Shown in pieces: positions 27,823-36,441 of a stretch of DNA of 47,490 bases. The position numbers were made by a program, and so were the translations under genes. The number at the start of each line of letters is the position of its first letter. Positions within the stretch are counted from its first letter, which is position 1. The notes below the pieces were generated by a model. The model saw nothing but the letters and a program-made list of their open reading frames with translations. It was not told where the DNA came from and made no database searches. The DNA is from a bacterium. GTDB lineage: Bacteria > Patescibacteriota > Minisyncoccia > Phycocordibacterales > CAIZIN01. The stretch covers positions 1 to 47,490 of the forward strand of contig JANNXY010000041.1 of assembly GCA_031409775.1 (NCBI GenBank), in the 5' to 3' direction.

Positions 27823-27851
27823 AATATATCATTTTATTATAAAAAAGTCAA
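27823..27851 (-). promoter_or_regulatory. Sigma-70 promoter facing the DUF3800-associated hairpin
   Basis: Minus strand TTGACT-17 nt-TATATT with extended -10 TG. Confidence 0.7.
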
Positions 27852-27853
27852 AG

Positions 27854-27862
27854 TTATCCACA
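27854..27862 (+). promoter_or_regulatory. Consensus DnaA box
   Basis: TTATCCACA just upstream of the helicase-nuclease gene; single copy. Confidence 0.4.
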
Positions 27863-27876
27863 TCTAATCCTTATCT

Positions 27877-30783
27877 ATGAAAACTATATATAATCAGGAA
27901 TTTGAAAAGAGGTACAACAGGCTAAATGCAGCACAGAAGCAGGCAGTGGATACTATAGAAGGCCCCGTGATGGTTGTGGCGGGTCCAGGTACTGGAAAAA
28001 CTACGATACTCACACTCCGCATCGCCAACATCCTCCAGAGGACGGACACACCGCCGTCAGGCATCCTCGCTATCACATTTACAGACGCTGGGGTCAAGTC
28101 GATGAAGCAGAAGCTTACAGAGATCATCGGCAACCGTGCGCTCGAAGTGAGAATCCATACATTTCACGGCTTCGCAGCGTCAGTCATAGCAGAGTTCAAA
28201 GACCATTTCGTGCATCTATACGGAACACGACAGATCACAGATATAGAGTCAGAGTCTATAGTGAGAGGTGTTATTGACCATGCAGATTTCGTAGACTTGC
28301 GTCCATTTGGCAACCCCGAGTTCTACATACGTCCTATACTAGAGGCGATAAGGGATAGCAAGAGAGAAGCTCTGTCGCCAGAGATGGTGGCGAGCTTCGC
28401 AAGTGGTGAAATCGCTCGGATATCAAGCGACGAATCATCTATCTCTACACGTGGTGTGACCAAAGGCGAGCTAAAGGCAGATGTGAAGAAACGTATAGAG
28501 AAATGTGAGAAAACAATACTATTCTCCCAGGTTTATGACAAGTATGAGAAAGCCAAGAAGCTCGGAAGTCAGATCGACTTTGACGACTTGATATTTGAGC
28601 TTCTACTCGCGCTAGGCAGAGACGAGCTACTACTGCGCCAGATTCAGGAGAAGTATCTGTATATCCATATCGACGAGCATCAGGACACGAATGATGCACA
28701 GAATCTGATAATAAAGATGCTTGGTGACTTCTTCGACGTACCCAACATATTTATCGTGGGTGATGAGAAGCAGGCTATATACAGGTTCCAGGGAGCTTCG
28801 ATAAGCAACTTCCTCCAGTTCAAGAAATCGTTTGCTGATATGCAGATCATCTCTCTCGAGCATAATTATAGGTCAGGTCAGTCACTACTAGATGCAACGT
28901 TTGGCATGATAGAGTCCAACTACGACGGTGATGAGCAGAGTGACTTGCGAGTGAGGCTGCGGTCAGGATCTACCAAGCCAGACCAGCCTATACAGATCGC
29001 TACCGCACCCGATGTCGAGTCTGCTGAGCTTTACCTAGTATCCCAATTAAAGCAAATCCAACTAAACCACCCAACGGACACCGTCGCGATAATCTCAAAG
29101 AACAACAGAGACATAGAGCGTATAATCCGCCTCTGTGAATCACATGGCGTACCTATATCTGCAGAGAGGTCGATAGATATATTCTCGCATCCGGTGGGAA
29201 ATCTGTTCTTTTCACTTGTAGAATTTATAAACGACCAGAGTCAGGTGGGTGCGCTAGGCCATACTATAGCGAGTGGACTATGGGGACTCGAATTTGCACA
29301 GTCGGTGGCAATGAACAAAGAGCTCCGTGCTGGTCATGTCGAGCGAGTCCTAGCAGATATTCCTAGCTTGCCCAATATAGTCCGCGAGATGCTCGATGAT
29401 AGTCCGATGATATTTATTATGAATCTGGCAGAGTATTCTGGATATAGGGAGCTCGTGAGTAGGGATCCGGCTTATGTAGAAGTCTGGAGGGCGATAGTGA
29501 ACCTGTGTGCAGATATAATTACCAATTCAGATCTGACAGACCCCAGGATACTGTTGCAGAGATTGGCTGATTACAAGATATCTTCTACAACGAAAAGTGT
29601 AAAGATCCCCGTAGGTGTTTCAACCTGCAATTTCCGCGCCATGACAGCTCACTCGTCCAAGGGTCTAGAATTCGATCATGTATTTATTCCGTATGCTACA
29701 GAGGATTCATGGGGGAGTAGGAGGAGGAATTCTTATTTTATTATGCCTATCGATGCCCAGGTCGGTGAGGAGGACGAGATCAGGGATGCACGTAGGTTGT
29801 TCTATGTAGCCATTACTCGCGCTAGAGAAAACGTTACAATAATAATACCCAAGTCAGATTCTTTAAGCAGAGAAATTCTGCCACTGCGATTCGTGTCCGA
29901 GCTCGGTGATGTAAATACATCACTGCTAGATGTCCCCAAGTCAGAAGTAAGCTCGATCCTAGCCCGACATAGTGGTCAGAGCAGGCAGGGCAAGCTACTA
30001 GACTATATCAGGTCCACACTAGAGCATAGTGGTCTATCTGTAACCGCACTCAACCATTTCCTAAATTGCCCCAACGAATTTATATATAAAAGCATACTCA
30101 AAGTCCCAGAGCTCCCCAATGCAAATAGTGACAAAGGTAATGCGATGCACCTAGCTATGGATCGAGTCTGGCACCTAGAGCATAGAACTGTCGAGGCTAT
30201 CGAATCCACTATCGAGTCTGCTGTACATGATCATATGAGCAGATCCATGCTCCGCAAGCTAGAGAGGGAAGTGATAATGAGAGATCTGATCAGTCGAGCT
30301 AGGGAAGTCGCTACCAGTCTCTACGGACACTTCCAGACTGATGGCGCCGTGTTCTCCGAACATTGGGTAGAGAATATTTCTGGAATAAAAATCCACGGCC
30401 GCACGGATGCTATCGTTGTCGGTAGCGACTCAATAAATGTCTATGACTACAAGACTCGTGGCAAAATGTCAGAGAAACAGATCAAAGATGGTGGATATTT
30501 CAGACAGCTAGTATTCTACAAACTCTTGCTTAGTGGTAGTAGCAACCTTCGATCTGTCATAGGGGATCGCACAGTCACACCGTCATTGGTATTCCTAACA
30601 CCAGATACCAAAGGGGTTTGTAGAATAGAAACCCTGCCCATAACGCAGGAGGACATAGAGACTCTGCAGTCAGAGATAGCCGAGCTCGTTGTGAGCGTTG
30701 AATCAGGTAGGATTATGGATGGATTCTGTAGTGAACCCAAATGTGAATTCTGTGCCAAGAAGAAATTACTTCTGTCCGAGTAG
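27877..30783 (+). CDS. UvrD/REP-family ATP-dependent DNA helicase with C-terminal PD-(D/E)XK nuclease
   Basis: AGPGTGKT, DEHQD, VGDEKQAIYRFQGA, NYRS, TAHSSKGLEF, RRLFYVAITRA; C-terminal CPNEF...GRTD...DYKT...QLVFY...CEFC. Confidence 0.93.
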   Translation: MKTIYNQEFEKRYNRLNAAQKQAVDTIEGPVMVVAGPGTGKTTILTLRIANILQRTDTPPSGILAITFTDAGVKSMKQKLTEIIGNRALEVRIHTFHGFAASVIAEFKDHFVHLYGTRQITDIESESIVRGVIDHADFVDLRPFGNPEFYIRPILEAIRDSKREALSPEMVASFASGEIARISSDESSISTRGVTKGELKADVKKRIEKCEKTILFSQVYDKYEKAKKLGSQIDFDDLIFELLLALGRDELLLRQIQEKYLYIHIDEHQDTNDAQNLIIKMLGDFFDVPNIFIVGDEKQAIYRFQGASISNFLQFKKSFADMQIISLEHNYRSGQSLLDATFGMIESNYDGDEQSDLRVRLRSGSTKPDQPIQIATAPDVESAELYLVSQLKQIQLNHPTDTVAIISKNNRDIERIIRLCESHGVPISAERSIDIFSHPVGNLFFSLVEFINDQSQVGALGHTIASGLWGLEFAQSVAMNKELRAGHVERVLADIPSLPNIVREMLDDSPMIFIMNLAEYSGYRELVSRDPAYVEVWRAIVNLCADIITNSDLTDPRILLQRLADYKISSTTKSVKIPVGVSTCNFRAMTAHSSKGLEFDHVFIPYATEDSWGSRRRNSYFIMPIDAQVGEEDEIRDARRLFYVAITRARENVTIIIPKSDSLSREILPLRFVSELGDVNTSLLDVPKSEVSSILARHSGQSRQGKLLDYIRSTLEHSGLSVTALNHFLNCPNEFIYKSILKVPELPNANSDKGNAMHLAMDRVWHLEHRTVEAIESTIESAVHDHMSRSMLRKLEREVIMRDLISRAREVATSLYGHFQTDGAVFSEHWVENISGIKIHGRTDAIVVGSDSINVYDYKTRGKMSEKQIKDGGYFRQLVFYKLLLSGSSNLRSVIGDRTVTPSLVFLTPDTKGVCRIETLPITQEDIETLQSEIAELVVSVESGRIMDGFCSEPKCEFCAKKKLLLSE

Positions 30784-31470
30784 TGTGTCGATGACTTGTT
30801 TGACCGTTGTGTACGGCTGAGCTCCGTTTATCGGAACTACAGTCGATGAGCCTTTGAGCGCTACAAAGCTGTATGGAGTACCTTCTACACCAGCAGCTAG
30901 GCCGTCTTGGTAATCCGCTTCTACAGTAGTTGCGTGTCTGCCGGAGTCTAGACATGTTGTAAACTCTGCTCGATCTAGACCTATGTCTTCTGCGATTTTT
31001 GGAAGCTCTGCTGGATCTAGTCCGTCATTGGACTCTGTGAGCTCAAATATCATATCCAAGTATTGCCAGAAAGAATCCGTACCACCGAGCTCTGCTGCGC
31101 ATTCTGTCGCCTCGGCTTCCTTGCGAGCGTATTGGTGCATAGATAGTGGGAAGTGTCTGTATACCCATGCCACTTTGCCGTCTCTGCCGTATTCACTCAT
31201 GATCTGGTTCATACTGTTGTGGAAGTTCTTGCAGAATGGGCATTCAGTATCAGAGTATTCTACGATCACTACATCAGCGTCAGCTGAACCTCGGATATGG
31301 TCAGCATTAGATACTGGAGCGATAGGTTGTGACGGCTGTGCTGCACTATCACCGACCGCAGCTACTCCACCAGATGTACCGCCTCTTGTAAAGAAAATTG
31401 CCCCTGATATCAGTCCGCCAGCGATTACTATCGCAAGTGGGATTGCTATAATGCTTTTTGTATCTTTCAT
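30766..31470 (-). CDS. DsbA-family thiol-disulfide oxidoreductase
   Basis: N-terminal TM anchor, EYSDTECPFC, YRHFPL, GVEGTP. Confidence 0.92.
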   Translation of the reverse strand: MKDTKSIIAIPLAIVIAGGLISGAIFFTRGGTSGGVAAVGDSAAQPSQPIAPVSNADHIRGSADADVVIVEYSDTECPFCKNFHNSMNQIMSEYGRDGKVAWVYRHFPLSMHQYARKEAEATECAAELGGTDSFWQYLDMIFELTESNDGLDPAELPKIAEDIGLDRAEFTTCLDSGRHATTVEADYQDGLAAGVEGTPYSFVALKGSSTVVPINGAQPYTTVKQVIDTLLGQK

Positions 31471-31515
31471 AAATGTATTGTGTTAATTATGAATAAAGTA
31501 TAACATATATTATCA

Positions 31516-32319
31516 ATGACAACAGTCCATTCGATAGTTCTAGGTATAATACAAGGCTTAACAGAATTCATACCTATTTCTTCGTCTGGCCATTTGATTA
31601 TCGCAAGAGAATTTCTAGGAATAACATCTATAGATGGGCTCGCATACGATGCTGTGCTCCAGCTCGCCACAGCACTAGCAGTGGTAATGTATTTCCACAA
31701 GGATATAAAAAGGATGTTGCTTGCTGCGCTCGGTCTATTTACAAAGAAAGAAATATCTATAGCAGATGAGGTGCTGGTCAAGGCACTTGTGGTGGGTACC
31801 GCTCCAGCAATAGTTGCAGGGCTTATACTCGAGAAATATATAGAAACTGTATTTCGCAATACATGGCTCGTTGCGGTCGCGCTCATGTTCGGCTCCTTAC
31901 TCATTTATATGGCAGAGTACGTGAGTCGCAAGCAGAGCTACGAAGAGTCGCTCACACCGATAAAGGGATTCGTGATAGGTCTGTTCCAGTGTCTCGCACT
32001 GGTTCCAGGCATGTCTAGATCGGGTTCTACTATATCAGGGGGATTGTTCTCGGGGCTTTCTAGGGAGATGGCTGCCAGATTTAGCTTCCTGTTGTCTATA
32101 CCCATACTCGTTGGAAGTGGTGGCAAGAAGCTCGTCGATGTAGTGATGGACGGAGCGGACTTTGATTTACTTAATCTATTTGTCGGTTCAATCACGTCAT
32201 TTCTAGTTGGCCTTGTTTCAATCTATTTCTTGATGAATTTCTTAAAGAAAAATAGTATGATGGTGTTCGTGTGGTATCGGATCGTGGTGGCAATTGTGCT
32301 ACTTATTTATTTTGTTTAA
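31516..32319 (+). CDS. uppP: Undecaprenyl-diphosphate phosphatase
   Basis: QGLTEFIPISSSGH, PGMSRSGSTI, AARFSFLLSIP. Confidence 0.97.
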   Translation: MTTVHSIVLGIIQGLTEFIPISSSGHLIIAREFLGITSIDGLAYDAVLQLATALAVVMYFHKDIKRMLLAALGLFTKKEISIADEVLVKALVVGTAPAIVAGLILEKYIETVFRNTWLVAVALMFGSLLIYMAEYVSRKQSYEESLTPIKGFVIGLFQCLALVPGMSRSGSTISGGLFSGLSREMAARFSFLLSIPILVGSGGKKLVDVVMDGADFDLLNLFVGSITSFLVGLVSIYFLMNFLKKNSMMVFVWYRIVVAIVLLIYFV

Positions 32320-32895
32320 TTAAAAGGGTAGAGAGAAAGTGATAGCAGAGTTTTCTTTCTTTAGCCAGCCTTTAGTCTTTATAAGGATTTCCTTTAGCTC
32401 GTTGCCGTCTTTGTATTTGAGGTGTTTGTGTAGGAGGGCATAGTCGAATACTTCTTTGGTTATCTTTACGTCTTCGAGGCAATACTTTATGATCATGTCG
32501 ACCTTGCCTTCACGCCACCATTTTACAGCTTCTAATCCGTGGGCGATCTTTTTGGTACCCAGTGTCGCTTCGGCTATGGTATCGAGCTTGAGCCTTCTTC
32601 CTAATACATTTTTTACTTCCTTTAATAAATCCAAACTTTTTATATTGCTTAGGTTACCGTGATAGTATTTGTTTAGTATCGGTATGTCGAAATGCTCACC
32701 ATTAAATGTAACCAGCATGTCTGCTCGCTCCAGTAGCGGCCAGAGCTTGCTTAGATCGCTTTCTAGGTAGCTTGTGTATTGGTCAGTCTTGGATTCGTAG
32801 GCACATAAGACAGACAGGTCTAGCATGGCCGGGTCGTTGCTTTCTACTTCGTCGAAAGTGTTTTTGGTTTCTATATCAAATACTACGTAGTTCAT
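32320..32895 (-). CDS. DEDD/RNase H-like 3'-5' exonuclease domain protein
   Basis: VFDIET, TFNGEHFD, YCLEDV exonuclease motifs. Confidence 0.85.
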   Translation of the reverse strand: MNYVVFDIETKNTFDEVESNDPAMLDLSVLCAYESKTDQYTSYLESDLSKLWPLLERADMLVTFNGEHFDIPILNKYYHGNLSNIKSLDLLKEVKNVLGRRLKLDTIAEATLGTKKIAHGLEAVKWWREGKVDMIIKYCLEDVKITKEVFDYALLHKHLKYKDGNELKEILIKTKGWLKKENSAITFSLPF

Positions 32896-33790
32896 GTGTT
32901 TCTAGGAAATCACGGATAGTTACATCGCCCATGCCGAAGCCGACTGTAGGTAGTGGCTCAACACCGAACATCTCTAGTAGGTTGTCATAGCGTCCGCCGC
33001 CGAACAGGGATCGTCGATTTTCTGGGTTAGTATCGAACACTTCAAATACCATCCCGGTATAATAATCAAACCCGCGGGTGATAGTGGCATCAAAGACTAC
33101 ATTATTGACCCCATTCATTTTTAATTCATCAATAATTTCAGTAATTTTTTCGGTCTGTTTTATTTTTGACAAATCAAATGGCTCGCCTAATATTCCTTTA
33201 GATTCAGCTTCAAATTCCTCCTGTGAGATTTTTGATCTTTTATCCAGAAGCCTCATCATTGGTTTATCTAATCCTTTCAAAGTTTCTCTATCATTGATCT
33301 TAATTTCAAAATCCTCATCTTTCGCGCCAAATTCTTTCATTATTTTGTATGCCAAAGAAATTATTTCTATCTCCGCTTTAGATTCAGCGATACCCATGAT
33401 GTCGCAGTTGAGCTGCCAGTGCTCGCGCTTGCGGCCACGCTGGGGTTTCTCGTAGCGGAATACGTTGGGGATAGAGAACCATCGTAGCGGTAGCTTGAGC
33501 CCCTTGCGGCGGGCAGCGACCATGCGGGCGAGTGACGGGGTCATCTCTGGACGTAGGGCTACTTCGCGGTCACCTTTGTCTATAAATGTATACATTTGGT
33601 CGTTGACGATCTCGTCGCTACCCTTGCTCCTATATAGCTCTGCGTATTCTAGTATAGAAGCGGTGTATTCTAGGTAGCTGAACTCTGTTGCCACCTTGCG
33701 CCATGTAGCAAATATATAATTCTGTATAGCCATGTCTTCGGGGTAGAAGTCACGGACACCTTTGTAGGGGTCTGTTCCAATTTTCTTCAT
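32876..33790 (-). CDS. hisS: Histidine--tRNA ligase, catalytic core only (304 aa)
   Basis: KGVRDFYP, LRPEMTPS, FRYEKPQRGRKREHWQ, RGFDYYTG, GGGRYD, GFGMG; ends shortly after motif 3; start at MKKIG. Confidence 0.9.
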   Translation of the reverse strand: MKKIGTDPYKGVRDFYPEDMAIQNYIFATWRKVATEFSYLEYTASILEYAELYRSKGSDEIVNDQMYTFIDKGDREVALRPEMTPSLARMVAARRKGLKLPLRWFSIPNVFRYEKPQRGRKREHWQLNCDIMGIAESKAEIEIISLAYKIMKEFGAKDEDFEIKINDRETLKGLDKPMMRLLDKRSKISQEEFEAESKGILGEPFDLSKIKQTEKITEIIDELKMNGVNNVVFDATITRGFDYYTGMVFEVFDTNPENRRSLFGGGRYDNLLEMFGVEPLPTVGFGMGDVTIRDFLETHELRSI

Positions 33791-33824
33791 GATGCTATTG
33801 TATATTATTATACTGAAAAATACA

Positions 33825-33916
33825 CCCCACCCCCTAGCCCCCTCCCCGAAGGGAAGGGGGAATCGATGCATCTACTCTTCCTTTCGGGAAGGGTCGAGAC
33901 GAAGTCCGGGGATGGG
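33825..33916. repeat. REP-like palindromic element between divergent hisS and truB
   Basis: CCCCCTCCCCGAAGGGAAGGGGG and CTCTTCCTTTCGGGAAGGG hairpins; tail TCGAGACGAAGTCCGGGGATGGG resembles 4992-5015. Confidence 0.65.
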
Positions 33917-33935
33917 AGTATTGTATAATGAATTA

Positions 33936-34643
33936 ATGCCCATCATTTTCTACAAAAACCGGTTTGAAACCCCGCTCGAGTCGTTAAACAGGCTTCGTCT
34001 CGAGCGGCCCGAGCTCGCTACAGAGACGCTTTCGTACGCCGGTCGCCTAGACCCTATGGCCGAAGGTTTACTTTTGGTATTGGTAGGAGAAGATGAGAAC
34101 AGAGACAGACAGAAATACCTGCATTTATCTAAAACTTATGAAATCGAGATTTTATTTGGTCTCGAAACGGATACCTATGATTTGTTGGGAGTAGTAAAAA
34201 GCGCGAAAGAATTAAATACAGAATTTAGCAGAGAAAAAGCCCAATTAGAACTGAACAAATTTATCGGCGAGCATGAATTCCCATACCCGCGATTCTCTTC
34301 GAAAGTTTTTTCACTTCAGCCTACTGACGAAATCCCAACTCGTGTGATGAAAATCAATTCAATCAAATCTCTAGAATGGAACGAAGTAAAGGGCGATAAA
34401 GTAAAAGCAGAAATACTAGAAGCATGTGAAAAAGTAAAAGGCGATTTCAGGCAGGATCTGATTTTAAATTCCATAATAAATATTCCAAAAAATATTAGTT
34501 TTCAAATATTAAAATGCTCCGTGGCTTGCGAGTCTGGCGCGTACATGCGCACGCTCGCCCATGAGCTCGGTCAGAGGCTCGCAACTGGGGCGATAGCATA
34601 TAGGATCAAGAGGGTGCAAATTGGCGAGAATGTGCTAGTATAG
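33936..34643 (+). CDS. truB: tRNA pseudouridine synthase B-like protein
   Basis: YAGRLDPMAEGLL (catalytic Asp), KTYEIEILFGLETDTYD, CESGAYMRTLAHELG; ATG 33936 follows TGTATAAT. Confidence 0.85.
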   Translation: MPIIFYKNRFETPLESLNRLRLERPELATETLSYAGRLDPMAEGLLLVLVGEDENRDRQKYLHLSKTYEIEILFGLETDTYDLLGVVKSAKELNTEFSREKAQLELNKFIGEHEFPYPRFSSKVFSLQPTDEIPTRVMKINSIKSLEWNEVKGDKVKAEILEACEKVKGDFRQDLILNSIINIPKNISFQILKCSVACESGAYMRTLAHELGQRLATGAIAYRIKRVQIGENVLV

Positions 34644-34668
34644 TCGGCAGTAAAACAGTTCACCAAAT

Positions 34669-35139
34669 ATGAAAAGCCGAAATCTACTTGCAGTTTTTTC
34701 TTTAGTTTGCATTGCTTCTGTAGGATTTGTTATTTTTATCAATCCACATAAGTCTGATGCTGTGGCCACACCCCCACAGATTATCGACCGTGTTGTCAGA
34801 GTCGAGGTTCCGATGCCACCACGGATCCTAAACGAGATCCCGTACCCATCTGACCAGAGTGCCTATAGCTTCTATATCCATTCCAGGATCTGTGACAGAT
34901 TCGAGACGCCTCTGCCAGTCTACCAATATCTGATTGAAGATCTGAAAACCGGCATACATTACAGGCTCAATACCGATGAGCCCAACTGGCCTACCGGCAG
35001 GGTGATGAAGACTAGTATCACCACAGAATCCAATGACACCGAAACTAGATCCTACGCTATCGAAGACTACACTCATAGCATTATAACGCTCGCCAATCAT
35101 CGGAGGCGGTTTATGCCGCTTCCAGATTCTACGAACTGA
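34669..35139 (+). CDS. Hypothetical exported or membrane-anchored protein
   Basis: 156 aa with an N-terminal hydrophobic segment. Confidence 0.6.
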   Translation: MKSRNLLAVFSLVCIASVGFVIFINPHKSDAVATPPQIIDRVVRVEVPMPPRILNEIPYPSDQSAYSFYIHSRICDRFETPLPVYQYLIEDLKTGIHYRLNTDEPNWPTGRVMKTSITTESNDTETRSYAIEDYTHSIITLANHRRRFMPLPDSTN

Positions 35140-35174
35140 AATGTTCGTTTTTATATAATTAACTGTGGATTAAT

Positions 35175-35251
35175 TGCTGAGGGTAGTGACTGAAGTTATA
35201 ACCTATTTTAAGACTACAAATAAGCACCACTACATCCCGAACTTTGCTTAA
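35175..35251 (+). other. Candidate left att junction carrying the displaced 3' end of the recombinase gene
   Basis: TGCTG core, then an open frame RVVTEVITYFKTTNKHHYIPNFA-stop in the register of the recombinase CTG codon; its stop overlaps that of the convergent AlbA_2 gene. Confidence 0.6.
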
Positions 35252-36441
35252 AACGTTGCCAAATCACCATTTTCATCATATCCGTAGGAACGACTAGATC
35301 CTGAAGCATTCCACACCATATCAAAGACAGGTCTCAATGCTTTCGCTACATCCTCATCTGAGTCGCTCAGAATAACCTCCGGCAGATAGATGTCATTTTC
35401 AATAATTGGATCATGATCCAATATCCTATTAGGAATGTTTGACTTGATTACATAACCCTGAATCCCCGTTAGTGTGATGAAAACAAAATACGGAGGTTCA
35501 ATCTCTAGGAGTTTTAATAAAGTGACGTTTGCTTTTACGAAGTCAATCAGCTTCCTTTCTACAGCAACCATTGGGATACCCTTTTCAACATCATCGCTTC
35601 CGTAAGCAGATCGCGGGGCAACCATAAGAGAATCAAAGCCTTCAATAGCTCCATTCCTAAAGATTTGGGTATAGCTAGTCGTTTTGCCATTATTAAAAGA
35701 ATACGCACAGACGCCATCTAAGTTGATTCGCTTATTCCAGCCAGAGGCATACAGAGGTCGAAATTCAATCCGCGACTCATTAAGGTCAGCAAGTTGCTTA
35801 CTGGTTATCTGGCTAGAATTAAGTACGCCTGAAAGCGGCACTATGTGGACCGTAAGAAAATTATCGACATTTTCTAACCTAACCGGACCACTATTCGCTT
35901 TGAGATCGAACACTCGCTTTTTACGAAAGTCTTTTATGGTGTCGATTAAGTTACCGTGCGCCCCAAAGGCGGTCTTCAGTTCAGACACATCCATCTCGTA
36001 TTTTCCGTTACTGTTTCGCTTAAAGAAGCGATTCGAGTTCTTAAAAATAACTCTGTGGGGACTATTCAAATTTGGCTTGACTCTAATTACCAGAATACTC
36101 TTCTTATCATCCACTGCTATTACATGAATGTTGCTGTCTATTCTAGGAGATATTCCATCTCGTATAACGTTTTCAATTCGTTGTAGCTCTGTATCAATAT
36201 TGGGTACTTCAATACCGTATTCTTGTTTGATTTCTTTCTTGTCTTCTAGCACCCCAAAGACTAAATCCCCACCGTCAGTGTTAGCGAGCGATGACAGGTC
36301 TGCTAAAAATTCCTTTTTATCGTCATCGCTATTTCCAGGAAGAGCCGACTTGTATTCCAGAGTTTTACCCTCAAGAACCTGGTTATCAACCAGTTGCTGG
36401 ATATCATCCTTTGTTATTTCAGATAGTTTCTTTTGAATCAT
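35248..36441 (-). CDS. AlbA_2 (Schlafen-like) domain protein
   Basis: EGKTLEYKS...FLADLSSLANTDGGDLVFGV...SPH...FFKR. Confidence 0.85.
   Translation of the reverse strand: MIQKKLSEITKDDIQQLVDNQVLEGKTLEYKSALPGNSDDDKKEFLADLSSLANTDGGDLVFGVLEDKKEIKQEYGIEVPNIDTELQRIENVIRDGISPRIDSNIHVIAVDDKKSILVIRVKPNLNSPHRVIFKNSNRFFKRNSNGKYEMDVSELKTAFGAHGNLIDTIKDFRKKRVFDLKANSGPVRLENVDNFLTVHIVPLSGVLNSSQITSKQLADLNESRIEFRPLYASGWNKRINLDGVCAYSFNNGKTTSYTQIFRNGAIEGFDSLMVAPRSAYGSDDVEKGIPMVAVERKLIDFVKANVTLLKLLEIEPPYFVFITLTGIQGYVIKSNIPNRILDHDPIIENDIYLPEVILSDSDEDVAKALRPVFDMVWNASGSSRSYGYDENGDLATF

Noticed and set aside
27854-27862. Replication origin
   Set aside because: Only one perfect DnaA box, no cluster, and no dnaA or dnaN nearby
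32876-33790. HisZ (ATP phosphoribosyltransferase regulatory subunit)
   Set aside because: HisRS motifs (RGFDYYTG, GGGRYD, motif 2 arginines) are intact and there are no his biosynthesis genes nearby; not fully excluded
33789-33935. N-terminal extensions of the truB and hisS ORFs in the track
   Set aside because: They translate the intergenic palindrome; downstream ATGs with adjacent -10 boxes fit better
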